From Macrostomum lignano (Eukaryota): a stretch of DNA of 64,000 bases. The position numbers and the translations under genes were made by a program. The notes beneath the pieces are model-generated. The model did no database searches. It had not been told where the DNA came from and saw only the letters and a list, made by a program, of their open reading frames with translations. The stretch is taken from positions 62,001 through 126,000 of the forward strand of contig NIVC01001375.1 of NCBI GenBank assembly GCA_002269645.1, given 5' to 3'. Below, in pieces: positions 12,458 through 28,233 of this stretch. Every line of letters starts with the position of its first letter. Within the stretch, counting starts at the first letter, position 1.

Positions 12458-13963
12458 AGTATACGTGGACAATGGCAAAGTTTGCCTTTAATTTTAACCA
12501 ATAACAAAATAACAAAAAGCCATATTTTATTTCTTTAGCCGCTTGTTTTAAAGCTTTCATCCAAAGATATGCAAATGCGCTTTAGTTTCAATATTTTATA
12601 TTTTGATACACAACGCGCATGAATACCCCGTTGCCACCCCTTCTACTGAAACCTCGAGTTAAAAATGTACCTTTATGTTATTTTTACTAAGTTGAATTTA
12701 ACAGCCAAAAATACAAATGTACTCTTAGCGTTGCCGCTTTTTCAGCAACGTTTTTTTCAAATTTCTGCAGCAGCTGCAGAAACGCGGCAGAGAAGGTTGA
12801 GTTCGTCGCTCTTTTGAACTCTCCTTTATACAGCCCTTTTGAATGGATGAGGACACAAAGTGGACAAACCTCCACGTCAACCAAGCTTAGCATTAACTTC
12901 TGGATTCTGCATTGCCCCGTGTGGTTGCTGTTGACGCATGAAGTTAAAAAAATAGAAGGATAGATAGATAAATTACGTCTCTCTGAATCCGCATGAGTAA
13001 AAAACTGAAGCCGTGTGGCGAATCGCTTGCACAGAAACAGAGGATTCCCATGTCAATCTGGGCATGCCAATCCAGAGCCGACTTCTCATCAGAGGAGTAC
13101 ACGAGCTGCCTCTAACTTACTAGATGTTTGAATTTGAAGGAGACTTGAAGAGACCGAGGAAATCTGGTTGCATAGCATTTCTGCGAAAAATTAAAGTTGA
13201 GCCAGACTCAATGCATTGCCCGGAACGTAGTCAACAGCCTGTAACTGTTCTGTTGATTTTGTTGTACCAAACGGCGCCTTCGCTGACTTCACAACTGAGG
13301 AAATTCTTCGCACAAGCTGGGACATTGTGCGGTGCGGTGTGGTGTGTAGAACAAAATGTGACTATGGTTTGTCTGTATGGTTTGGTTTAGCCTCTTTGGA
13401 TCGGATAGTCTAGTAAGTCGTTTGTCCAGTTTATCCAGTAGACTTCAACAGAGAGGCTTATGATACAAGAAAGTAGTAAGTTTCGAATCAATCGTACGAT
13501 TTCTATTAGAAGCCAATTTATCTGAGCGATGCTCGTATGGAGGACAGAACAGCTAATTACAAGTAATGCACAGCATGATTACCACGTTCTACGGGCAAGA
13601 TCACTGAAATAGAAATAATTTAAATTTCTTCGAGAGTTAAGTCTCCTGAGAATGCTCTGGCTCTGCTTCCTGTCTCAAATTCTACATGAAACCTGTCAAT
13701 TATTTCGAAAAATCACTATATAGTCTCTATCAACGTCTTAAATATCTCGACTGCTGTTAATTAAAGTGTGGGAGTAAACACTAAACCAGCAGGTCTTAGA
13801 AAAATAAGGAGATAAAATCTGTTACGCTGTTGACACCGACTCCATTTGCGATGTATATTTCGGCTGGAACAGCTGGGAGATAGGAAATTTCAAACTGCAG
13901 AGAAACACACGCGAGCTTCGGCACTAATCTCGAAAATATTTTTATCATGGATTAATAAGTAGC

Positions 13964-16250
13964 ATGAAGGCTTTCTGTTTGCTATTGGCGCTGGTGATTT
14001 TGGAACCAATTATAGGTAAGCAACAATTAAAATGCATCTACAGCAACCGCAGATCCATAGAAGCGTAGTAGCACTACAACATCTGTGGCAATATGCATGC
14101 AAGAAAGTAACTCTAAAATCAACTAATTCACGAAAGAAGCTGCAGAGGTGTTGCCTTCATCAGCAGCGAACTGCACAAAGACACAAAGGTACAGGCGCGT
14201 CCGCTCGGCCCTGCCCGTCTCGCTCGACCGAATTGTGAGCAGTGACGTCATCATCGAGACCAATGTGGCTTCCGTGCCAGACTGTCTGCTCATGTGCGGA
14301 ATGAGAACCTGCGCTGTGGCGGTTGTTCCCAATGGCGCCTCCACCTGCCAACTCGTCTTCATCAACGATGCGTCGCAGTCTCCGGGACCGACGGCGAGTC
14401 ACGTGACGCGAGTTCTGGGCTCCGAGGCGGGCGAATCCGTGTGGACGGTGGACAATCTCGAGCAGCTGATCCGGGAGAGGGCCTACAGGCTCGATGTCGT
14501 GTTCAAGAGTGAGTAGCAGCTGCCAGTGCAGATATCAGTATCCTTATATTTTGCTGGCGTATTCGACATGTAATCAATTGGATGCAGCTGAGATCAGAAG
14601 GTCTTTTTTTGATGCATTGTTAATTACAGACTCGTCCAAGGGCAGCAGCGGGTCCGTCCAGCACCTGCAGATCGGCGTCACCGGCTGCTACCGCATCGAG
14701 TTTGCCGGAGCTAGAGGCGGCGCTAAGTTTGCCGCAGCGACCGTCGGAGGCCACGGAGCCACCGCGGCTGCCAACTTCAGCTTGACGGTCGGAACCCGAC
14801 TGGACATCGCCGTCGGACAGGCGGGTGGCAACGCATCGGTGAACGGCTTCGTGTAGACAAGCGACGGGTTGGAGAGTCTGCTGCCACTGGCTGCAGGCGG
14901 CGGCGGTGAAGGCGCGACTGGTAGAATCGGTGAGCTTTTCTCCTAGTCACGACTCCATTTTTATAAGGATATTAGTGGGTGTACTCTCTGAATGCAAATT
15001 CTGCAAATGCAGGCTTTCCGGGCGAAGGAGGACGTAATGGAGGCGATTTGCTCGGTAATAACTGGAAACTGATGGGCGTTTCACCCACCACTGATGGGTG
15101 AAACTGACGGAGGCGGGAGCGCTGGAGGCAGAAGAGGAGCTCCTGGCGCCGGCGGCGGCTTTAGCGGAGGCGGTGGAAGTCTCGGATTCGGCCACGCTGG
15201 ATCGGAGGCGGCGGCTCCGCCTGTGAAGAGTTTCTTCGAGTGGTGATCAGTCACCCGAAAACTCCCACTTCCAGACCCTAAGCCTGGGAAAAAAATTCCG
15301 TGATCACTTACTGTTGCGGGCTCCTCTTCTTTGTCGCGCGTGTCTGTAGAGCTTGTCTTCGCAAAGGTGTTCCTCCTGGGGTAGTCTTCCTGAAGTCTAA
15401 AATCGGCCGAAGGTGAGAGCGTAACAATCAACTCGACGTCGCAGTATTCCTCGAGTGCAGAAATCAATATCAACGATGTGCCCTACTAACAAAATTAAAT
15501 TCTATAACAACACGAGGTCCTCCAAAAGGGGCGTCTTCTTCTAGAACTAACGGAATCGGAGTCTTGTGCTCCTATCGGTCAATCTAGGATAATCCAAGAT
15601 CAATCACTCGATAATCCTCTAAGGGTATCGGAATCGGTCCGCAGATCCTATCCAATCCTTTAGGAAAATGGGAGGCCTCAACTTCAATGAACTCAGTTAA
15701 AAAACTGATCAGTAACGTCCGGGAATAAAATTGCTCTCAGTAATCCAAATAACAAAGGCTCGAACACGGCTTACCGAGCGGTATTCTTTCCTCAGAGATG
15801 TAGCCTCTTTGGCTGCTCTTGCAGAGTCCAAAGATCTTCGGAGGCTGCTCCGAGTCTGAGATTTTTAGCGCTAATTTTAGCTTGTACTCGTTTAGTAAAA
15901 TTTTGCGAGAATCAGGCTATTTTTAGTAGGTGACCATTTCGCGTTTTGGAAATTTGACCTCTCAAAATTGAATAGAATACAATAGATACCATGGTAATTT
16001 GAGCATCGAGTACCATATTTGGGGTTCTAAATTAAATGTTGCAAAGGATGATGTGGTCTTTTAAAAATAGAGTATGACAACTCATCATTTTAGATTCGAA
16101 TTTTCGCATTTTTACGTTACTACTTATAGTAGTTTACTTATACCGTATTTGGAGATCTCTACACCTGCATCGGCGGCAGCGGCCGCATCACCGTCACTGG
16201 CGGCAACTCAGACAGAGAGCAGGGAATTGCATGAGTGGCTGTGCGGCTGC
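13964..16250 (+). pseudogene. Second, disrupted copy of the signal peptide + Cys (PAN-like) + ALK/LTK Gly-rich gene
   Basis: Exons: 13964-14015 (MKAFCLLLALVILEPII), 14164-14508, 14630-14929 (TGCYRIEFAGARGG...LDIAVGQAG, in-frame TAG at 14854-14856), and 15013 onward (internal deletion, TGA at 15099, frameshift, 940-bp insertion, resuming at 16164). Splice phases are consistent. Confidence 0.8.
15224..16163. mobile_element. Probable solo LTR (940 bp)
   Basis: TG...CA ends with short inverted termini (TGAAGAG / CTCTACA) and a 4-bp duplication CCTG (15220-15223 and 16164-16167). Removing it restores GGGSACIGGSGRITVTGGNSDREQG, collinear with the intact paralog. Confidence 0.75.
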
Positions 16251-18008
16251 TGCACGCTTCTTCGGCAATTTGTTGATTCGTTCGTAAACCCTATTTTATA
16301 AAGCGTTGCTGCTTGAAGCGTTACGATCATCTTTATTAGTTTTTAAAATGTGTTACACGAATGTATTGACGCTTATGTAATGCAAAAGGCAAATCAGAAG
16401 AAAGCAATGATTTACATGTATTTTGCAATCATTTCTTGTTTTGTATACCATGTATAGTAGTGAAAATGCCTGTCTTACGAGTAAAGTCTTCTGACTCTCT
16501 GTTTCTATAAAAAATGCTGATTTTGAATCTCTGTGTGGAAAAATAATTGTTATAGAAATTAGCAACAGGGAGTAGTAGCTTCATGTATTTATTTACTTTT
16601 GCTTTTATATCTAAGTGGAAATACAAGTGTTGAATTATTTGTGCATGTACGTACGCTGGAATGCATATAGTTCTTTTTTATATAGAGTCGGAAGTCTTTT
16701 TGTGGAATCTACGAGTAATTAATAAGAAATAAAATTCTAACGATTTGACAGTAAGATCTTGCAAACACCATTTCTTTTCACTCCTTAATGTATTTTGTGG
16801 TGCTTCCGACAGCTAAAAATACTGAAACTGGCGAAACTAAGGCGTTTTAGTTGCGACTTCAAGGCGTTTCAATACAATTAGATTAGCACACCATCACATA
16901 AATCTGATGGCATGGCACAGTTGCGAAATTCAATACGTTTAAATTGTTTTTGTTTAAAAGCTATAACAAAGCATATAATTTCTATGTATTACAAAATTAG
17001 TTACTAATTTTTCAGGGATAATTAAGGCATATTATGTTATTGTATTTTTCTTTGTTAGAAAGCAAATTATATATTTGGTTGTCAAGGCTGTTAAACAAAG
17101 GTTTAACTTCAGAATTCGATATTCAGTTTACCCACTAATTGTCTTCGCCTTGCACAATGGCAAAAACCCTTAAAATGGAATTTTCTCTTCATACCATATC
17201 TATAGTTAAGAGCACATAGAAAGTGACGTGTAAAATAAAAATTGTTTTTACTAGCACATATTGCTTTAGACTACGCTTACAATTTCTCATTTATAGTCAC
17301 GTCGGAATGGCCATTTGTCAAATTATTCTTTCTGAACTTGTGCAATTTTCCGCCTTTCTGGTGTTACCATTTCTTCTTCCGATTCTCATATGTAGCCATG
17401 ACGTACATATAAGGCAATTTAAAGGATTGAACAATAGCCAGATTAATTTATTTTTGTTCATGAATATTATGTGCATGTTTGCGATAACGTGCTTACTGCT
17501 TAGTATTAAAAATACATATTTTTATTGCAATTAAAAAATTCCTTTTTAATACACTTTCTGATTAATTGTAGACGATAGTTAGATCTTAATGCCATAATGC
17601 CAATGGTTTTAAAACTTTCAAAAAGAATTTGATAAAAGTGTTTGATTGAATGAATTACATGTGTGTATGATAGTGTATGAGTGGATGTTGAAAAATCAAT
17701 TTTGATTTTAAACCTTTATACCTATTTCCTTCATGACATTTCACACAAGTTTGTAATACCAAATTAGATTTTTATTTGGTAGCATTTTTATAATGAAAAT
17801 CATAGGCTCTGCTTTCAGTATTATAAAATATGATATATGTAGTACTTGAATTTATTTCTGTTTATTAAATATTTTTTTTATTTAGAAAAACGTTATACAG
17901 ATTTAAAATGTTTTAATTATGTCCTACTGAATCCTGATGCAATAAAATTTTGCTATAATAACGACTGGATTATTTTTTCAGCCTAAATCGTCCACAGCTA
18001 GAGTTAAA

Positions 18009-20495
18009 ATGTCCGACGCAAAAGAGTACGTTTCCAAGAAACAGATCCCGCAACTCTTTGAGGTAAGTATGAAAATAACAAAGAAAAATATTTAAACAGC
18101 AAGAAATTTACTATTTTATCCTAAACTCTTAACCGCAGTGCCTCATGACCGGCCTGATGTACCACAGACCATCGGATCACATTGCCTACCTGCAGCAGTG
18201 CCTGGACAAGATCAAAGTACAGGGTGTCTCCGGAGTGCGCTGGGACCTCTTCCTTGAGGCTAAGCGGGCCAAGACGCCGCTGCCCCCGGTGACGCCACCA
18301 AGGTCCGCAAAGCGATCGGCCAGCCACAGTAAGTGAAATTGGCTGCAAATTCTGCTACGAGCTACAGTCATGCTTAATACTTGCTACTAAGTGTATATGT
18401 ATGATGAGTCTAAAAACCAAAGACTGTTAAGATTCCTGTTCGACAAGATTTCTGTTGTCTTTTTGTTAGACAAGCAATAGTTTGGCCACCACCGAACCAT
18501 GGTATTGATAACACGAGCCATAGATAAACAATGAAGTTGATGAACAGGCCACAGATAAACAATGAAAGCCAATCCTCACGGCAGAGAGTAGGTACACACT
18601 GCCAGACAATGAGAGTAATAGTTACTCATAAAGGTGTATGTACTTGCGTACGCATCCATGCGCATGTTGACCTTAATTACCCCCTAGCTAGCTCTTCATT
18701 TGTCTCCGAACAAACTTTTTACCAGCCTCATCGGTGTCTGATTTGGGCGAAAAGAAGCCGGTCCTACCGCCCATCGGTGGCGGCGGAAACTCCGCCAATT
18801 ACGAAGCTGTCGAAGACGCCAGCCGACAGCAGGTCGCAGCGGCCGCCGCCGTAGCCGTCAGAGAATCGTCGGCCCTCTCCGACTCGTCTAATTTGCAGAA
18901 GCTGACGGCGCCGCTCACCTGCCCGCTAGTGCTGGTGCTGGGCGGTCCCGGCAGCGGCAAGCGGGTCATCTGCCGCCACCTGGCCCAGCGGTACGGCTTC
19001 GCCAGCTTGTGCGTCGGTGACCTGGTCCGCAACGGCATCCGGGATTCGCGCGACGCCTCGCGTCAACGCTGGGCAGTGGCGGCGGCCGCTTTCGAACGCG
19101 GCGACGCTGTGCCAGAAGACCTGCTGCTGCCGGCGCTGATCGACGCCGTCAATCAATTGGTGGCCGACGGACGCTGCCGAGGCGTGTTTGTTGAAGGCTA
19201 CCCGCGCTCGCCTGAGCAGGTCGACGCCATTGCTGAGCACGTAAGTGTAGAGCGTCTTGCTGGAATTTAGGTGGAGGGCACCCTGACGTCTTTATCGTTT
19301 TTATCTGAATAGAAAGACAGAGGCGCACTCCCTATAGTTGCTACTACTGTTGCACTAAGAAGTACTACTCGTACTTCTGTTGGTAAACGCTCATGGGCAT
19401 CGAAGACGTTGCAGCGGAGATTCACAGCCGGAATTGCATAAAATTTGTGCACCGGTCGCACATGAGCATCCTCAATCCGCTACTCAACTCCACTGTTCTG
19501 AACTCAGATCAAGCAGCCAGACCGTGCCCTGCTGCTCGACTTTGAGGAGGACCTGCTTCAGGAGCGGCTGCTTCGGCGATACCACCGCCTCGGCGCCATC
19601 GAGGACCAGCCCGCTAACATCGGCCGCCGCATCGGCCACTTCCGGTCGGCCGGCCTGCCAGCCTGTCGAATCTACGACGAGGCGCGTCGACTTGTTGTTG
19701 TGCCGGTTGACGAGGACCTTGACGATGCCTCCGTGTTTGCCGAGGCTGCCCGAGCAATGGACGCCTTCTACGATCCTGTCGACACCAGCGCCGGGCCCAA
19801 GAAGGCGCCAAAGGCCGGCGAGGGGGGCGCCGACTCGAGAGACGACACCGAAGAAGAGTCGGAGGCTGCCGCGGTGTCTGCTTCGGCCGTCACGTACATC
19901 GAGGAGATCGAAAACGTGCCCGAGCCGGTGAAGCGGCCGTCGGACCTGCCGCAGTGCCCGATAGTGCTGGTGATGGGCGGCCCGGGCAGCGGCAGGTCCA
20001 GTCAGCTGCGCCGAGTCGCCGAGCGCTACGCGGGCTTCGTGCACATCAACGCCTCCGAGGAGGCGCGCAACAGGTCGCTTGGTGCCGGAGCCAACGCCGC
20101 CTGGTCCGCGCTAGTCGACATCGCCACTCAGGGCGACCTGGACGAGGAAGTTGACGCAGCAGAATTGCGTCGACTGTTGACAGAAAAAGGCCGCGGAGCG
20201 AATTGCATCCTGCTGGAGGGCTACCCGATCAACGCCAACCAGCTGCGCGACCTGTACAAAACCGTTGGCCAGCCCGACCTCACCGTGCTGCTGGACTGCG
20301 AGGAGACCTACATGGTGCGCCGGCTGTTGGCCAGGGGCCGCGAGCAGGGCGGCCTGGGTGACAACATTGCCGCCGTGTCAAAGCGGATGTCCTATTTTAA
20401 GGAGCACACGCTGCCTGTAGTGCGGCACTTTGATCTTGCCGGCAAGCTGTGCATTGTGAGTCTGCCTATGTATGTCTATCTATCCATCTATCTAT

Positions 20496-20530
<35 letters not shown>

Positions 20531-20535
20531 CACTG

Positions 20536-20573
<38 letters not shown>

Positions 20574-20584
20574 CCTATCTATCC

Positions 20585-20675
<91 letters not shown>

Positions 20676-21530
20676 CAACATCTTTCCCTTAATTTCCAAG
20701 GTACTCGGCGATCGAGATGACAGCGAGGTGTTTTACGACCTCGCCGGGCTATTTGACTACGTCTTCTTCAACCAGAAGCCGCAGCACGTGCAGCAAGACG
20801 AGACCAAGGCTGCCGAGACAATTCAGGCCGCTTTTGAAGGCTTTCTAACCAGACAGCAGTTCGCTGAGAACAATGCCGGCAAGGAGGGGCCAGCGGATCC
20901 CAGCAAGGATGCGATGGATGAGGACACGGCGGCTGAGACTATTCAGGCGGCATTCGATGGCTTCAAGACTAGGGAGGAGTTTGTGGCTGCTCAGGTGAGT
21001 AGGCTGTTACTTTTTTACTATTGGTAGGCCACTGCACTAATGCGCTAAGACTCTCAAAGACACTCTCAAACACTCGGACATTAAGACACTCGGACATTGA
21101 GACACTCTGATATCAAGAGACTCTGACATTAAGACACTCTGACATTGAGACACTCTGACATTGAGACACTCTGACATTGAGACACTCTGACATTAAGACA
21201 CTGACATTACATGTAAGACACTCGGACGTTAAGACACTCTGCCATTAAGACACTCGGACACTGAGACATTTGAGTGACGATATTAAAATTATTGGTTTTA
21301 TTAAATTGAAGAAATTTTCATTTCCTTCTTAGTATTCTAATATTCTACTTACCGTTTAGTAGTAAAGGCGCACATGATTATCATAAAATGTACGTCACAT
21401 GGAATTCCAGCAATCCGAGCAGCAGAATGGCGAGGAGGCGGCCAACTCAACTGAGGAGCAGCAGGCGGCCACGAAAATTCAAGCAAATTTCCGGGGCTAT
21501 CAAACACGCAAAAATCTCGCGAAGAAATGA
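18009..21530 (+). CDS. AK5: Adenylate kinase 5-like protein (docking domain + two AK domains + three IQ-like motifs), ~706 aa
   Basis: join(18009-18062,18139-18328,18726-19240,19508-20455,20701-20994,21411-21530); all introns GT-AG with matching phases. The N-terminus DAKEYVSKKQIPQLFE-CLMTGLMYHRPSDHIAYLQQCL resembles the AK5 docking domain. P-loops GGPGSGK and GGPGSGR; EGYP motifs. Confidence 0.88.
20472..20674. repeat. (CTAT)n microsatellite filling AK5 intron 4
   Basis: Direct reading. Confidence 0.97.
21070..21270. repeat. 16-bp minisatellite (GACACTCTGACATTGA)n in AK5 intron 5
   Basis: About a dozen degenerate units. Confidence 0.9.
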
Positions 21531-22609
21531 AAACTTTTATAAAGATGGATTAATTTTATTTAAAATATATAATTTATTTTACCCAGCGGTTCAAGCAGAC
21601 GACCTTTGGGTATGATTTTTTCATTATTTCAATTTCTTGTCCTCTGGTAACACCTGCACAAGCAACTTTTAAAGCAGGTCCAATGGAAAGTTTTTTACGG
21701 CAGGTTGTGTCAGGATTTTTCTGTAAGAAATTAGTGCGCTGTTATTCAATCTTTGAGTCTGTAATAAATGCCTTACTGTGTAAATATTTTTACTGGATTT
21801 TATAGCCGAATATATTTTTGTTTTTAACTAATAATCTGCCTTCAATAATTATAGCACTGTCCCTTCACTGACTATTATATCTTTTATATTTGTTATAATA
21901 AAAAACAAAGGTTTTTAGGAACTTTCTACAAATGCACTTTGGTCTCTTGATGCACTCTGACCACTCAGCTGTACTGAAAGATAATAAAACTGTAGTTTTA
22001 TTTTGCGTACTTCTTTTTGACCTAGAATTTACCCTAATTTTATCTGTGGAATCTGTTTGCTTAGATAGACTAATGCTTATATTCTTACAAATTCTACAAT
22101 TTAATAATGTGATAATAAAATATTTTGGCCAGAGCTCACTCTTCTACTCAAAGTAGTAGTCTTGAAACGAGAGTTTTTTATAGTTGTTTTTAAGCTGTCT
22201 AAGAAATAACCAAAGCAAGTTACATTTTTGCTTATATATTCTTCATATTTTAGCAGCAAATTTTCGCAGATGCCTGCAGCATAGCATGCATTTAAACAAT
22301 TTTTTATTTACTGTTAGCCAGGCATGCGTGCACATAAAAACAAATAACTGATGTAAGCAAAATTGAATCAATTTAGTATGAATAGATAGTACTCACTCAG
22401 TAATATCGTAGGACGTACATGTAATACCATGCAGTGGCAAGTGAAAAGTGAGGTGATATTAAAACCAAGAGAGCTTATAAATTCACTTAAATGTAATATT
22501 AACCTTATTACAGAATCGGCTGCGCGCTTGTACATAATTTTAATTTATTTTTTTACCTCCAAAAGGTCCATTTTAAAACCATTGACTATACAATGTTTAT
22601 CCGGTTGAC

Positions 22610-26066
<3,457 letters not shown>

Positions 26067-26979
26067 GTTGCAAGTCGAAGGCAAAAAAGCAGGTTAAAAA
26101 TTTTATAGTTCTTATATAGCTGCTTGTTTAGAGGATTCTGGGCGGCCTGCTAATGCGGTACCGCAGCCGCGTGATGAGTCATCAGGGTGGTGCAGGGAGC
26201 CGGTGGGTGCCAGCCCAGCGCACTGGCAGTGTCTCCCTCCGTCTTTCTTTTTCGCTGCCAAAATTTCTTTCCCGAATTCGTCTCTGGATGCCCGGTCGAA
26301 GCGTTCGAAATGGGAGCAGGAAAGCAAGAGAGAGAGGGGAACGTGACTTCTAGGATTTCTGTCTGGGCCCAGTCAGCCGACGAATTCCATATTTGGCGTT
26401 GCGTTCCAACGGTGGCGCGCGTCGCGATGACGAAGCCGCTTTCAGAACCAGCGTTGTTGGAAAAGAGAACTTTTTTGTTAACTTGCTCTTTATCTATATG
26501 CTGGACAATATTTTTTGAGGTGGGGAATCCTGTGGTCTTGGGATTTTTATTATGCAGCTGTTGGCTGCTGGCGTATGAGGACCGCTGCAGAATTGTAAAT
26601 GGGCCCGCGGTGATTTTGCAACTGTGCTTATCCCTTTGAGCTTACATCACGTGAGCGGAGAAGGATATACGATAAGAAAGTGCGCGTAAAGAAACAACTG
26701 AGAAAGTGTCTTTAAAAAAGAATGATAAATAATTAACCCATACTCGTATTCCCAGAGTAGACATGCATGCATTGATACGAGCTAGTATGCGTTGACTGGG
26801 CCTGATATGCATAGTGTGAGCTACGCAAAAAGGCATTTCCGTTTTGGCGTTTGGGTATAGTACTACATGCTGGATAGACATTGCTCGTATGGGTTAATTG
26901 CGTAATTTTTTTAGTCAATTAGACTTAGCTTAAAATAGAATGGATTGCTGATGACATTTGATCATTGAGACTGATCATT

Positions 26980-27605
26980 GTCGACTCATTCTCGACTCAT
27001 TCTCGACTCATTCTCCGACTCATTCTCGACTCATTCTCGACTCATTCTCGGCTCATTCTCGACTTATTCTCGACTCATTCTCGACTCATTCTCGACTCAT
27101 TCTCAGCTCATTCTCTACTCATTCTTGATCAATTCTCAAGTCATTCATGATCCAATCTCGACTTATTCTCGACTCATTCTCTTCTCATTCTCGACTCATT
27201 CTCGACTTTTTTTACTAGAGGCAGGGGGGTTGTGTGCACCTGCATGGCGCACTTTAAGCGACATAGGCACACAACCGGCGAGAGGCATTACTGGCCATTC
27301 CGCCGACTCCCCTGAGCAGGCACACAAGCGCGCGGATACGTACGCAGGCACACACTCACACAGGAGTGTACAGCGGCCCTAACTTTATATTATCGTTAGG
27401 CATGTACACTTCACTGCGCCTTGGGGGGTTGGCTCTCAAGGCCGTTAATTGCACGAGCAGAGCCAAGCCGAGATTCCAATTCAGCCCCAAATTAATGTGA
27501 CTGCACTTGGGATCGAGCCTGGGTCGCTGGCACACCAGAGCAGCTGCGCTACCGCTGGGCTACGGCCCCCTCTCATTCTCGACTCATTCTCAACTCATTC
27601 TCAAG
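26980..27605. repeat. 11-bp minisatellite (CGACTCATTCT)n split by a SINE
   Basis: Units at 26980-27206 and 27571-27605. Confidence 0.9.
27207..27570 (-). mobile_element. tRNA-derived SINE (~365 bp)
   Basis: Minus strand starts GGGGGCCGTAGCCCAGCGGTAG (A box), has GGCTCGATCCC (B-box-like), then a unique body and an A7 tail. Confidence 0.8.
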
Positions 27606-28233
27606 TTAGTAATTCTGTAGCCGTGGTCCTCCTAAATCGACTCATTCGAAGAGATGTTAGAATTATTTGCTGTTTGAGAAACATGACGTAATAGTTGTTC
27701 GCAATGAAGTTTAAATTTAATCAGTTTTATTAATTCATCAAAAAAATACTTATAAATTTGGAGAATGGCGGTGCACAGTTCTCGCGCACTACGACAAAAT
27801 GTTCATTTACAGTTTACAGTTAGTCGAATAAAACTATTAAATCGGGGCAGTTTAGTTGAACAATTACTGACAGCTAGTTCATGTTGTACAGAATTTTGCT
27901 TTACATTAATATGCTATGTTTATGCACATGTATCAGGTGCAGGGCTAGAGATTATTGTTTTATAATAGTCGCAAAGTTGTTAAAAGAGGGCCATTGGGGT
28001 GAAGACGGTGACAGCTGCTGGTCTATTGCAAAGGACAGATCGTGTAGATAAATGAATGAATTATGAACATTATAAACTAGCAAGTCAGAGTCTTCTGGAG
28101 TTTCGAGCTCTTGAATCAGGATTCGCTATGTACAAATAAACAGAACTTATGCAGGGCAGACGCACTGTGCCTGGGGCATGCAAAACAGATTCGTACAAAA
28201 ACTCGGGATTTCATGAAAAGTAATTTTCGAATT

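Noticed and set aside
12660-13900. Possible transposon remnant or extra exons between the Gly-rich copies
   Set aside because: I could identify no terminal repeats, target duplication or protein motif.
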